Assembly (NCBI RefSeq): GCF_006345805.1
Contig: NC_043004.1
Span: forward strand, 43,834,001-43,898,000
Direction of reading: 5' to 3'
DNA: 64,000 nt
DNA from: Octopus sinensis
Lineage: Eukaryota
Below are positions 1 to 12,628 of this stretch, piece by piece. A program made the translations under genes and the position numbers. Within the stretch, counting starts at the first letter, position 1; every line of letters begins with the position of its first letter. Under the pieces are notes generated by a model. That model was not told where the DNA came from and searched no databases. It saw nothing but the letters and a program-made list of their open reading frames with translations.

Positions 1-356
1 GTAACTATAAAATATGTTTCGATCATTATTTATACTATTGTAGTCGCATGTCTCACTTCTGATTGACCCGTTGTACTATTGCGAGTACTTGGATCCGAGT
101 TTGGCAAGTGACGTGTTTTGGCTTTTCATACGCTTCCTGTGTATGCAATGATAAAATTTATTGCTTAGGACCGTTTCCCCCTAGCGTTTTATACATTGCC
201 GCCAGTGTAATTTTTCTTCAATTCATATTATAGCAGTTTTACTTTACTCGTGAGTTATCCTCATACACTCAATTCACACTTGGTCTTAATAAATATATTG
301 GTATTTAACATCTACCTGCATGTAAACATACATACACAAACGCACACAGACACACA

Positions 357-406
<50 letters not shown>

Positions 407-1119
407 AGTACACATACACGTTCACACATATGTCCACTCGGATAGCCAGCAGGTTTATTAGAAAATAAATATTAGTGACAGAACAGAATTAATACGTTGA
501 GTCATTCACATATATCGTACACGAGTGAAATCGTTTGGCATGGCTGCTAGAAGAGGCAGATCCTGTGATTGTGTTTAAAAATACCTCTTGGTTATTTGCG
601 AGCGTATTAGTCCATTGTTATTCAATAAATTTGTTCAAGGCGTTTCCCCAGCATGGATGCACTCTAATGACTGACACAATTAAAAGGACACAATATGTGT
701 TTGTGTGTATGCGTTTGTGTGCATGTGTTTGAGGGCGCATGAATATGTGTATGTGCGTGCGCAAGTATATGTATATCTGTGTGTATATACATGTATGTAA
801 CAGAAGCAAATTATGTGGACTGAGAGAATCATGCAGTTATATGTTTCTATGCTTGTATATGTATCTACATATGCATAGATATATAGAATATATATACATA
901 TTTATTGATGTCTATATATACATACACACATACACGTACATATATGCAAGTGTATGTATACACACACACACACACACACATATATAATATATATATATAT
1001 ATATTATATATATATAAAATTATAAATGAGGGTGAAAAATCGATATTAATTAATAATACCGTCAATTTAACACCAAGTGGCTTAGCACAAAAAACTACGG
1101 AGGAAATACAAATTTATAC

Positions 1120-1638
1120 ATAAATTATTAGAGAGTCATCCACTATGTGGATAACTCTAGTGCTAAAAATAGCTCCGAAGCAACCACAGAAGATCCGTTT
1201 CCAACTAGAATCAACACACATTTAACTGAAGGAAAGTGAAATACAACGAATAAAATAGATTGACTCTATGCAATTGTTTCATTACTAATGCAATATGTAG
1301 TTTTACTTACACTTGCATCTACACTTGGCGCGGAATTTGAGACATAACTAAAAATGTAATTGGTTGGACCGCTCGTGTTTTTGACGCCCGAATCGATCTC
1401 ATTAATTGCATTTCTGACAAACTCTACCGAAGATTTATAGATGCAAGTGTAAGTAAAACTACATATTGCATTAGTAATGAAACAATTGTATAGAGTCAAT
1501 CTATTTTATTCGTTGTATTTCACTTTCCTTCAGTTAAATGTGTGTTGATTCTAGTTGGAACGGATCTTCTGTGGTTGCTTCGGAGCTATTTTTAGCACTA
1601 GAGTTATCCACATAGTGGATGACTCTCTAATAATTTAT
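1120..1638. mobile_element. Fold-back element: inverted arms 1120-1321 and 1438-1638 around a 116-bp spacer; likely PLE pseudo-LTR with an inverted 5' copy
   Basis: Arms are reverse complements differing by one indel and one substitution. Right end abuts (TA)n. Spacer plus right arm contain an HHR motif. Confidence 0.8.
1421..1496 (+). ncRNA. Type I hammerhead ribozyme motif, CCGAAGA core variant
   Basis: Stem I ACTCTA(1421-26)/TAGAGT(1491-96). Core CCGAAGA 1427-33. Stem II includes ATGCAA/TTGCAT and GTGTA/TACAT. GAAA 1479-82. Palindromic stem III ACAATTGT. Predicted cleavage GUA after 1490. Confidence 0.7.
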
Positions 1639-1667
1639 ATATATATATAATATATATATATATATAT

Positions 1668-1790
1668 GGCCTGCTCGCTTAGCCAGCGGGGTGGCGTCAT
1701 TTGAAGGCTAAAACAATGCAAAGCGATTTGTGACCAGCGATGTGTAGCAACATCTGATAGCCTGGTCGGTCACGGTGTTCACAGTGATAT
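1668..1790. repeat. GC-richer interspersed repeat fragment embedded in (TA)n
   Basis: GC-rich island flanked on both sides by TA repeats. Resembles an octopus repeat from memory only. Confidence 0.35.
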
Positions 1791-1901
1791 ATATATATAT
1801 ATAACGGGAAGCTTTATGAAAATAGACAAAAGACGAAGGCAGGTGGAAAACAAACAAACAATTGTATTAGTATGGCGCTCAGGAAATATAAATAAAACAA
1901 G

Positions 1902-1939
1902 TCTTTAACGTTTCGAGCCTACGCTCTTCAACAGAAAGA
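1902..1939 (-). ncRNA. Minimal HHR-like motif with CUGUUGA core (A6U), within a PLE-terminus-like fragment (~1800-1960)
   Basis: Minus strand reads TCTTT CTGTTGA A GAGC gtag GCTC GAAA CG T T AAAGA. Stem I 5 bp, stem II 4 bp, AACGTT palindrome. Confidence 0.55.
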
Positions 1940-1950
1940 TACACAGAGAG

Positions 1951-1959
<9 letters not shown>

Positions 1960-1985
<26 letters not shown>

Positions 1986-2280
1986 CATACATAATTAAAT
2001 ATTCATAATTATACATAATGATATATATACATGTATATATATATATACACATACATACATGCATACATAAATACATGCATAAATACATACATACATACAT
2101 ACATACATACATACATACATACATACATACATACATACATACACATACATACATGCATACATAAATACATGCATAAATACATACATACATACATACATAC
2201 ATACATACATACATACATACATACATACATACATACACACATACATACATACATACATACATATATACATGCATACATGT
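1960..2280. repeat. (TA)n/(TACA)n microsatellite
   Basis: Direct reading; source of the YVCM/YIHT pseudo-ORFs. Confidence 0.95.
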
Positions 2281-3384
2281 ACGAAATGGTTTGTTTCGTC
2301 GAAACATTCTTAGCCGATTACTTAATTCAGCGAGTTTTTGAAGATCGGAATGCAGGACACTGAATTATAGTAACAGTTATGTCAAAGAGTTATCTTTACA
2401 TTTCACCCGTTATACATTTCGTAACAGCACCCTGATATTTCTCAGATATTTATACATCGGAAACATGATGAAAGTTTTTCGGGAACGTTGCGTCTTAATA
2501 ATCTTTATTAGGTATTTTACATGAGACGGATAATAAGTGGTCCATAAGAAATGATTTGTAGCAGTTATGGTGAGCATTTAAGATTTCGTTGTTGACGTAT
2601 TGTTAGTTAATCACTAGCTAAAATAAATCGGAGTATGGTTTGAACTTATAATCTTCATCTTAATGTTTAAAATCATTGTAACATAGATTGCTGTAATATA
2701 TTCGTTGATTTAATAATGACAACTTATGCAGATGCATATTTCATACATCACATTATTAACGGATTTTGTGTATATTCATTATCATTCTATTGACCTTCAT
2801 TTACAGATATATTAGGTCGATCATCATTATCCTCATACGAACACAGTAAGAAATTCAGAGACGATTATCAATTTAATATATTCATAAAAGTAGTTTATTA
2901 TATCGAATTTGATATAAATGGGTATTTAACGATACCGGAACCTATGGATACACCAGAGGAATGCCATGGAATGATTTTAAACGGACAAAAGTTGAATGTA
3001 TTCTGATGTATGGAAAGGCTCACTATTTTGGTGTGGGCATTGTGCAACATTAGTTCTAGAAATGGTTTTATAATTTTAGCACATGAAGGGATGAAAAGCA
3101 AAGTCGAATTCATGTGAATTTTAGATTTATAATTTTAAGAGGCTAACAATTATACGAACAAGAATTTTTCAGTTCACAACAATTTTTTTATTACAAAAAT
3201 TAGACAAGAATATTTTACATAGAAGTGAAAGCATTGGTGTGTGGTTAAGAATCTTACCTCGAACCATCATCGTTCCGGTATCCTTCCCGCAACCATATAT
3301 CCATAGACTATTTTCCACCAAGAACAGTCGAGTAATGAATACTTTTATACAATATACATTATTTTAATAATATAGTCATGGCAA

Positions 3385-3590
3385 AGCGGCGAGCTGGCAG
3401 AAACGTTAGCATGCTGGGTGAAATGCTTAGCTGTACTTCGTCTGTCTTTACGATATGAGTTCAAATTCCGCTGAGGTTGACTTTAGCTTTCATCCTTTCG
3501 GAGTCGATAAATTAAGTACCAGATGCGTACACATCTAATCGACTGGCCCGCTCTTAAAAATTTCGGGCCTTTTGCCTAGAGTAGAAAACA
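3385..3590 (+). mobile_element. tRNA-derived SINE, family B
   Basis: gcggcgagctggcagaaacgttagc head and GAGTTCAAATTCC B-box; homologous to many copies in this window. Confidence 0.8.
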
Positions 3591-3827
3591 AAAATATAGC
3601 CATGGCTGGAATATACTAATTCGATTGTGTAATTTGGTAGTTTTTTTTACTTTAGAACAAAGCTACGACTTATGCAATGTAAAATTGGTTGTTTAAAAAT
3701 TTCAATAAGTAGAAGTGTGCATAAATTGAGTAATTCGTCCCGCTAGAAACTTAAGCTAAATCTCCTTCAATTCTTCACTCTAGTGTATCAGCTAAGTATC
3801 CAATTACCTGAATATTTTAAACCTTCT

Positions 3828-4303
3828 GGATCTTTTCGGTTTGAACGGCAGTTTTTTCTAGCGGTGTCATATGAAAGTGTCACACATAATTATGACCCTA
3901 GTATCGATCTATTGCATTTCAATCTGTTTTAGGGTTAGGGCTAGTTAGGGTTAGTTAGTGTTAGTTAGGGTTTGGGTTAGGGTTAGGGTTAAGGTTAGGG
4001 TTAGGAGTGGAGTGAAGGGTATCTTTTTTTTATTCACAAATGTAAATAAACCCTATATGTGTCTTAACCGAGGGACATATTCATACTGCACATAATGTTT
4101 TTACCTCAATATACGTCACTGATTGGTTGAAAATGCAGAAATTGAAGAAAAAACAACAAATATCTTACAAACTATAGGATTTTCTCAATAAAGCCAAGAG
4201 AAAAAGATGTTTTATAAACACATTCTACCAGTATACGAAGTTTAAAAGTGTTTAGTTACGTGAAAATTATTTTAAAAAACTGCCGTTCAAACCGAATAGA
4301 TGC
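3828..4303 (+). mobile_element. MITE copy 1 (GGATCTTTTCGGTTTGAACGGCAG TIR, internal TTAGGG array), Merlin-like
   Basis: TIRs at both ends; exact 8-bp TSD AACCTTCT at 3820-27 and 4304-11. Confidence 0.9.
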
Positions 4304-5067
4304 AACCTTCTTAACCGCTTAAAATGACAGAATAATCACATCTATAATACAATTAATCTTACGTTTCCGGATCAACATAATGTAAAAAATATCAACACTA
4401 CAACAATATAAACAACATAGCAAAAATACAAAATATAACAACAGAAACTATATAACACTGTTGTTATAGGGATGAACAAAAATCTATAACTTGCTATGGT
4501 TTCAATGAGTAGCACGATTTAAAGAATCACTTCAGCGTACTCTTCTGTGTCATAGAATCCAATATTCATATTTATAAGCGTTTATGTAATTTGGATACTA
4601 ACATATATTTGTGAAGTTGGAATAGTAACTGGAATCAATCAATTCATGCATTTTGATCTTCAATAACACAGGTCGTGTATCGATAGAGAAACTGAATTGT
4701 AGAAAGTCTAATAATGAATACTTTGAATATGTATGAACGGAATGCACTGAGGAATATATTAATACCCATCACTCGACAGAGAATAATAATAGAATTATTC
4801 GTGTATTCAGGGTCGTTAATATCAAAACATTTTAAAAGTACATAACAGTGTTTGTGTTTAGTCACATTTCACTCCTGGTCGAGCAGAAACAAGATCAAGT
4901 CATAACGGCCGAAATTCAAGTCTTCTGCTTATTAAATACATACATTTCATTCTACCTACCTACCTATCTATGTATCTACCTATCTATCTATCTACCTATC
5001 TATCCACATGTCTACCTCCCTCCCTCCCTCCCTCTCTACCTACCTACCTACCTACCTACCTACCTAT

Positions 5068-5273
5068 TTTTTTTACTACCCACAAGGGGCTAAACACAGA
5101 GAGAACTAACAAGGACAGACAAACGGATTTAGTAACTGGTACTTATTTAATCGACCCCGAAAGGATGAAAGGCAAAGTCGACCTCGGCGGAATTTGAACT
5201 CAGAACGTAGCGGCAGACGAATTACCACTAAGCATTTCGCTCGGCGTGCTAACGTTTCTGCCAGCTCGTTGCC
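5068..5273 (-). mobile_element. SINE family B
   Basis: Reverse complement of the family B head and body. Confidence 0.8.
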
Positions 5274-6419
5274 ATACCTACCTACCTACCTAGCAACCTG
5301 TATGTTTGTCTTTCCATTCATCTGCCTGTATATCCATCTATTTATCTATATATTTATCTATCTATTTGTCTATCTAAATATCTATTTACAAGTATGTTGT
5401 ATTCAATCGATCGCTACTGAGATCGATTGAATACAATGTATTGGCTAACATGCCATTTCATTTTAAGACACTAAGATGTGATTAAAGAAATTTGAGTGCT
5501 AGGACTAGTAGTCTATTTGAGTGCTTAACAGGTTTTTCAGGACATACTACATATGTGAGATGTCTACGGAAACGCACGAATGTCAGTCGTCTCAGTCAAA
5601 ATCAGTATGATGTAAATGTTGGTGGTAAATATAGTGTTGTCGTGTATAAAGAAGGTGATATATAACTTCCAGCAAAACTGTACTGAGAGGTAACAACTTC
5701 AGTGGGATAGATATTTGCAACTATGATATATCTTCCCCAAAATCAACTGCCATAATTTGTTTGCAAAATACCTCTGATATTCCTTTATTGGTACTTCAGC
5801 TTCCTATCCACATTTCTAAATTCTTCAACAACATAATCCAACTATGTGTAAGAAATAAACATAGAGATAACATCTGCCAATCTGTCGAAGTGCAACAAGT
5901 ATTTATAATCAATGAGTTAATTTGTATATATGTATATGCGGTTGTTTGTCTTTCTCTAAAAATGTTCTTACTCAATACGATATCAGTTATAAAAAAAAAA
6001 ACATTCTTTTGAAGAAGTTATTTTATGAATAATGAAACTAACCTAATTTATTGCAAATTTGCTGGCCTGCATTTTCTCACGCAATAAAATATTTTCTTCA
6101 GCGACTATTTCCTTTGCATGTTAGAGCTAAACGTATTTTATTTTTGTTTAGTTTCACTCGTAAAAGAAATAAAATTTACAGAACTTGTAGTAATCTGTTA
6201 GAATGAAATATATTGCGTTCAACGTATATATAAATGTTTTTCGCGTTTTAGCCAAAGCTCACCTATTTCCAGCAGAAAGGTTACCAGTTATCAGGAGATA
6301 GAAGAAAACCGTTGATTTGTACGAATTATTAAAAGTAATTTAAGGGATTCGAATTACCGAACTTTTGTTTCCATATTTAAGTCGAAAGAATTATGTTCAA
6401 TACAGGTTTAAAATTTTAG

Positions 6420-6620
6420 TACAAGACCAGCAATTTCGGGGAGGGGTTAAATCCGTTACATCGACCCCATTATTCAGTAGGTTCTTATTTATTTATCGAG
6501 TCCGAAATGATGAGAAGCAAATTTAACCTCGGTAGATTTTGCGCTTAGAAGATAAAGACATCTGATATGCTGCTAAGCATTTTGCCTGGCTTAATAACGA
6601 TTTTGACAGCTTACTGCCTT
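6420..6620 (-). mobile_element. SINE family B, degenerate
   Basis: Diverged match to the family B body (catcgacccc...aacctcgg). Confidence 0.55.
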
Positions 6621-6639
6621 GATTATATTTAATATTGTG

Positions 6640-7080
6640 ACCTCCTTCGGTCATGAATGACCATGGAATTGCACCTAGAAAGTTACCCTCCGAGGTACAA
6701 GTCTGAGCAAGGTTGGTTATGGAAGACCAGCAGTCGCCCACGCACACCAGCCTCCCTTCTCCACGCCACCAATGTTATCCAAGGGAAAGGCAAAGGCCAA
6801 TGCAACTTGGCATCAGCGACGTCGCAGCTCATTTATTAACGTGCAAGTGACTGAGCACTCCACAGACACGTGTACCCTTAACGTAGTTCTCGAGGAGATT
6901 CAGCGTGACACAGAGTGTGACAAGGCTGGCCCTTTGAAGTACAGGTACAAGAGAAACGGTGCCTCGTGGAGCTTTAGGTGTTTTCGCTCAATAAACACTC
7001 ACAATGCCCGGTCGGGGAATTGAAACCGCGATCCTACGACCGCCGGTCAGCTGCCCTAACCACTGGGCCATTGCGCCTCC
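6640..7080 (-). mobile_element. tRNA-derived SINE, family C
   Basis: Ends ccactgggccattgcgcctcc, the reverse complement of the head at 21413; shares the body with 21413-21755. Confidence 0.8.
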
Positions 7081-7379
7081 ATATTTAATATTACCACTGG
7101 ATAAAAATAATACGTTAAAACAAGAGATAATAACAGATCACTACAACTGCCGCTGAAATAACTCGCAATAGAAATAAAATTGATAAAAATATGATCGATA
7201 CACTGCTACTGTATGCTACTGTATTATCATGAGCTAGGTGTATCATTGTTGATCACGAACTAAATAACAAGATTATATCGTAAAATACAATGTGATACTG
7301 GTATTGTAAACCTTATTTAAATATTAAATTCCCATATTCGACAGCGTTTCTAGGCTAACTGAAAACGGCATAAATATGG

Positions 7380-7710
7380 TGTGGAACCTTGGGCAAGTGT
7401 TTTCTTCTATAGCCGTGGACAGACCAAAGTTTTGTGAGTGGATTTGGTAAAAGGAAAGTGAAAAAAAAGCACGTCATATGTGTGTGTGTCTTTGTGTCTG
7501 TGTTTGTCCCCATCATCGCTTGACAACTGCTGTTGGTGTGTTTACGTCCCTGTACCATAGCGGTTCCGCATAAGAAACCGATAGGATAAGTACTCGGCTT
7601 ACAATTAATAAATCCTGGGGGTAATTTGCTCGAATAAAACCCTTCAATGTGGTTCTCCAGCATGGCTGCAGTCAAAAGTTAGAAGGAAGTAAAAGTATAA
7701 AAGAAAAGAA
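7380..7710 (+). mobile_element. SINE family A (5' truncated)
   Basis: ccttgggcaagtg...ctccagcatggc body and tail shared with other copies. Confidence 0.8.
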
Positions 7711-7779
7711 TATCCATCTGTCTATCTCTTTATCTCTCTCTCTCTCTTTCTATTTATATATTTATATTTATACAGAGAT

Positions 7780-7965
<186 letters not shown>

Positions 7966-8589
7966 CACGAATAAAACTTTTTTGTTGTTTCGAGAGCTTT
8001 ATGAAATTTAAAGATTGTACTTCAGCTTGAATAATTTGATATAGACTCCCCTGGGCTTTATACTTTGAACTATCTTGCATGCTACAGTTTCTTTGTAAGA
8101 AGTAAAAATCATAATTGATCACATATATCTCTGGCTATATATTCAATGATTTGCAAAAAATATTCACATTATATTGCAATTTGCTCCTAGGGGAGAGTCA
8201 AACAACCGGCAATTGTTTTCATCTATAAAATAGAGTAGATAATTTATAGAAATTATGAATGAATTACACAAAAAATTGTTATCACACAAGGAAATAAGAT
8301 CGATGTTATTTGGCACCGTAACATGTATAGATGTCAGTGTGTCATTAAAATCTTATCAGCAGAGCATATTAATCACGAATAGGTCTCCCTACCTCCTCAC
8401 TATACTTGTTAATAGTACAGGTATTCTAATTTTTAAAACATAGTTCTCCCTTTTTCGTTGAGAATAGCATAAAATATCGCTCAGTTTTTTTTTTATTTTC
8501 CATCTAGAAGTAAATTTTGTGTCAGTACGAATTTTTTTACGTATCGTAGTCAGAACACCATCTTGATAAAAATTGATAGGCGGAGCTTA

Positions 8590-9075
8590 GAGGATTCCAA
8601 TGCAGACTGACTGAACAGAAATTTGGGGGAAACACTGCCACATTCGTACGAATATGCTACGCAACACCTCCAGTTTCTTTACGGGTGTCATGGAAAAGCC
8701 GCTAACCAAAACTATCCACTGGGATCTGAGTATTTTACCATACCCGAAGCACCAATTTTGAACCTTCTAAGTATCTAGTAGTCAAATTTTCTCCGATATT
8801 TTCCGTATCCTTCAGGATATGATCGTAATTTTTCCTAATGCAGCACACAATTTTCTATTGGATTTTCGGTATCTAAGAACCCTGAATGCTGAAGAACATG
8901 TGGTCATTTTTTTAAAGTGAGCTCACTGTCCGCTGTGCTCCTTCAATTCATGGAGTCATAACCGACATGTCATCTATTAATGTCCTTCAAACTGGATTTC
9001 CTATGTTTCAGTCATTTTCTTGGACATCTCAACTGTTTCATTCCCACCACAAGTTCTGTGTTTATGACAGCCAAA
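8590..9075 (-). pseudogene. Highly decayed non-LTR RT fragment (RLE-type, HERO/NeSL-like)
   Basis: Manual minus-strand translation gives RTLIDDMSVMTP (RT DD motif, 8962-95), IPKIQ*KIVCCIRKNYDHILKDTENI and PMTPVKKLE, with stops and frameshifts. Confidence 0.5.
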
Positions 9076-9169
9076 AATAGCAAAAACAGATATGGTGCAC
9101 CCCGCTGTAATGCTAATTCCCAATCTCAGCTGTTTAATCGGTAGTACATTCCTGTGTTCGATCTACTTC

Positions 9170-9305
9170 TACTACCTATTTCTTTACTATCCACAAGGGG
9201 CTAAACACAGAGGGGAGAAACAAGGACAGACAAACGGATTAAGTCGATTATATCGACCCCAGTGCGTAACTGGTACTTATTTAATCGACCCCGAAAGGGA
9301 CCCGT
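9170..9305 (-). mobile_element. SINE family B fragment
   Basis: ccacaaggggctaaacacag...atcgaccccgaaag. Confidence 0.75.
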
Positions 9306-9399
9306 GAAAATTTCCCCGAAAAGAAACAAAATTTAAGCATCTATAAACAGTGTACTGGTGCCATGAACAATCTTTGTATACTGTAACAGTCTGTCTTTA

Positions 9400-9605
9400 C
9401 ATTCTGATTTCAAATTCTGCCGAGGTCGACTTTGCCTTTCGTCCTTTGGGGATCGATAAATCATTTACCAGTTGTATACTGGGGTCGATCTAATCAACTG
9501 GCCCCCTTCCCCCAAAAAATTAGTCGATTTGCTCGACTAAAGGCGGTGCTCCAGCATAGACGCAATCAAATGACTGAAAGAAGTAAAAGGGTAAATGAGT
9601 AAAGA
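9400..9605 (+). mobile_element. SINE B body joined to a SINE A tail
   Basis: gccgaggtcgactttgcc... followed by gtcgatttgctcgactaaaggcggtgctccagc. Confidence 0.65.
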
Positions 9606-9689
9606 GTATATATATTAGTAGCGAATTTTTTCGCAGTGCTTAGAAGTTTGCTTTTCACCCTAAAGGTTCCGGGATCACTATCATCGCAT

Positions 9690-9845
9690 GATACCTATTT
9701 CTTTATTACCCACAAGGGACTAAACATAGAGTGGACAAACAAAGACAGACAAACGGATAAAGTCGATTATATCGACCCCAGTGCGCAACTGGTACTTAAT
9801 TTATCGACCCCGAAAGGATGAAAGGCAAAGTCGACCTCTGGAACT
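9690..9845 (-). mobile_element. SINE family B fragment
   Basis: Match to the family B body. Confidence 0.75.
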
Positions 9846-10212
9846 CGGGATGACTAATACCTCGAGAATGAATTTGGTAAACGGCAAAGTGGAAGAAATC
9901 TTTTGACTCTTTGTGAGTGTGAGCAGGTTCGTGTATGTGCGTGTTCTTGTGTATGTGTTCGTCCTCCACTAGTGGAAGACAGCACGTATTGGTGTGTTTT
10001 TTTTTCACCGTTATCTAGCCGTTACGCAAACAACAACCAATAGAAAAAGTACCAGACTAAAAGATAAGAACTGGGGTCAATTCGTTCTTCTAAACATTTT
10101 CAATGCGGTACTCAAGCATGACCGAAATGTAAAATCTGGAATAAATAAAATATAAAAAAATAATACACAGAGATACACAGACACACACGTATATATATAT
10201 ATATATATATTC

Positions 10213-10249
<37 letters not shown>

Positions 10250-11159
10250 ATATAAATATATAAATATATATATATATATATATATGTAGGTATGTATGTA
10301 TGCATGTGTATATATATATATATATATATATCATACTTTTATATATACATGTATATGCATATAGATTACACATATATGTATACACACACACGTATATAAA
10401 CGTTAATATAGAGAGATAAATATAGATATATACATATATAAATTTATGTATGTGTATATATATATATACGTGTGTATACAGACATACATACATGCCATAT
10501 ACATATGCATACTATATACACACTTACATACACAGTCGTTATTTATGATATGATCTCGTAGGAATATATACGTCTCTTTGTATATTTTTTTCAAATGTCT
10601 GTTCTTAGTAAAATCTATTTTGACGTTTATATCCTTCATTTTTCTCTGTAGCCATGGCCATTCTATCAGCTTCTAAATATATATTATTTTTTTTTTTTTA
10701 GATTTATCTATTCCCTTCCACCTCATAAAATATATATTTGTTTCTAATCACGAAATGTAACTTTTATTTCTTCGACTTAATGAGGCAAAACATTTTATAG
10801 TATTTTAACAGAATCATTGGAAACCACATATGCGATAGGAAATTCGATATTAATTTTATTCAAGTAACAATGTCTTGCCATCATCTGCATAACATGACAC
10901 AATATTTTTAAGTTATATTTTTAAATAATAATTTCCATACAGTTATAAATGATACACACACACATATACACGCATACACACACCCAAATACACATACATA
11001 TGCAGTTCAGAAATGTACAGTTTTATATCTATCTGGCTAGCTATTTATCTATGCATTTATACATAGAAATTTGGGTTATACACATACATTTACATATAGT
11101 GTGTGTGTGAATATATATATATATATATATCGAAAACGAAAAATGGGACAAGATCGCAA

Positions 11160-11720
11160 AACATCCACACAAATGGATGATACAATAAAGGGAGGAGAAA
11201 AAGCAAGGGCGGGTCATTCGGAGTTTTCTTTCCTCAGTCGAGTTCCAGATTATCTTTTCAATTTCGGTTTGTTATACTCGAGATCGCTCCAATCTGGCCA
11301 GCCCCGAGAGAAAACTAAGCTAAGAGCACTAGATTCCTTGGAAGAAAGCAGCGAATGTATACGAAAACAAGGACGAAAAAAAAACGGAGATATGTTACAT
11401 AAATACAAATTCAAATAACAGTAAATTAACAACAGGTGTGGTTCGACTAAGGACGAATCAAAGTAAGCTGGTGTTTGTGGAAGTGAAGCCTTAGTGCGGA
11501 GACGTAAGAGATGACAGGCATGGAGAGGAATATAGATGTTGCACAGATGGTAGTCGAACCAAGAAAGAAAGGTCAACCTTGGCCGAAAACCGGTCACCTG
11601 GAGAGAGACGAGTGAAAAGTTAGAGGTAGAGGGATAGAAGAATTAGGGAGAGACGAGAAAAGAAGAAAAGGTACAGAATGAAGTGAAAGAGGAGGGAAGG
11701 TGATAATGAAGAGAAAGCCA
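11160..11720. repeat. Interspersed repeat related to 38390-39110 (possibly PLE UTR-derived)
   Basis: Shared segments such as aagctaa...gaaagca-cgaatgtatac at both loci. Confidence 0.4.
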
Positions 11721-11849
11721 GGAAATGTGAAAGACGGGGAATGATTTTGCACGTGTGCCTACATATACATATATATGTATAGAGATATAAGCTTGTATAT
11801 GTTTCACTGTGTGCTTTGTGTATTGTATGGGTGGTAGTAGTGGCAGTGA

Positions 11850-12085
11850 CATATTTCTTTACTACCCACAAGGGGCTAGACACAGAGGAGACAAACAAGG
11901 ACAGACAAAGGGATTAAGTCGAATACATCGACCCCAGTGCGAAACCGGTACTTTATTTATCGACCCCGAAAGGATGAAAGGCAAAGTAGACCTCGGCGGA
12001 ATTTGAACTCAGAACGTAACGACAGACGAAATACGGCTACGCATTTCGCCCGGTGTGCTAACGTTTCTGCCAGCTCGCCGCCTAA
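11850..12085 (-). mobile_element. SINE family B
   Basis: Full head ccagctcgccgcct at the right end. Confidence 0.85.
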
Positions 12086-12628
12086 GTGGCAGTGACAGCT
12101 ACAACAGCAGTATTAGCAATAGCAGTAACATTAATAGTTGTAGTTGCAGTAGCATCAGCAGCAACCTTGGTGTTTTACATATATGCGCACATAACGAAAA
12201 CTTAATTGTGAAGATAACATGCAGAAACATAAAACAGCCGGACACATTAGTATATCGAGGCATTACTGTATATGTGTGTGTGTGTACCTGTGTTTGTGCG
12301 TGTGTCTTTGCGTGTATGTGTGTATTATGCCAAGGATATTGCTCTATTGCAGTATGGGTATCCCTATCACGTGTTTCATTGTAAAACTTTGTGGACATTA
12401 ATAGAGACAATACAATCTGACAGAATTCCCTCAGCTGTAAAATAAAATCATAGTAAAATATAATAATGTAATAATAAAACGTTCTGATCAGTTTACATGT
12501 TCCAGTGACATGTGCTCACGTATGTATATGCATATGTATTTTATATATATATATATATATTATATATTATATATATAATAATAATTATATATACAGCATA
12601 TATGCTTATATATATATTTTTTTTTTCA

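Noticed and set aside
90-260. Promoter/first-exon hints (TGACGT, CGCTTCCTGT, GTGAGT)
   Set aside because: Short motifs expected by chance; no supporting CpG island or ORF.
2900-3055. Plus-strand stretch YKWVFNDTGTYGYTRGMPWNDFKRTKVECILMYGKAHYFGVG
   Set aside because: Protein-like but bounded by stops, with no usable splice sites and no family I can name; a tBLASTn would settle it.
3929-4005. TTAGGG arrays as true telomere or fusion scar
   Set aside because: All lie at the same internal position of a TIR/TSD-bounded MITE.
5600-5850. Minus-strand acceptor followed by a long mostly open frame
   Set aside because: Two in-frame stops and no recognisable domain.
11215-11245. Minus-strand CTGAGGA...CCGAAT as a hammerhead
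   Set aside because: No convincing stem II and GAAT instead of GAAA; the related copy at ~38410 is worse.
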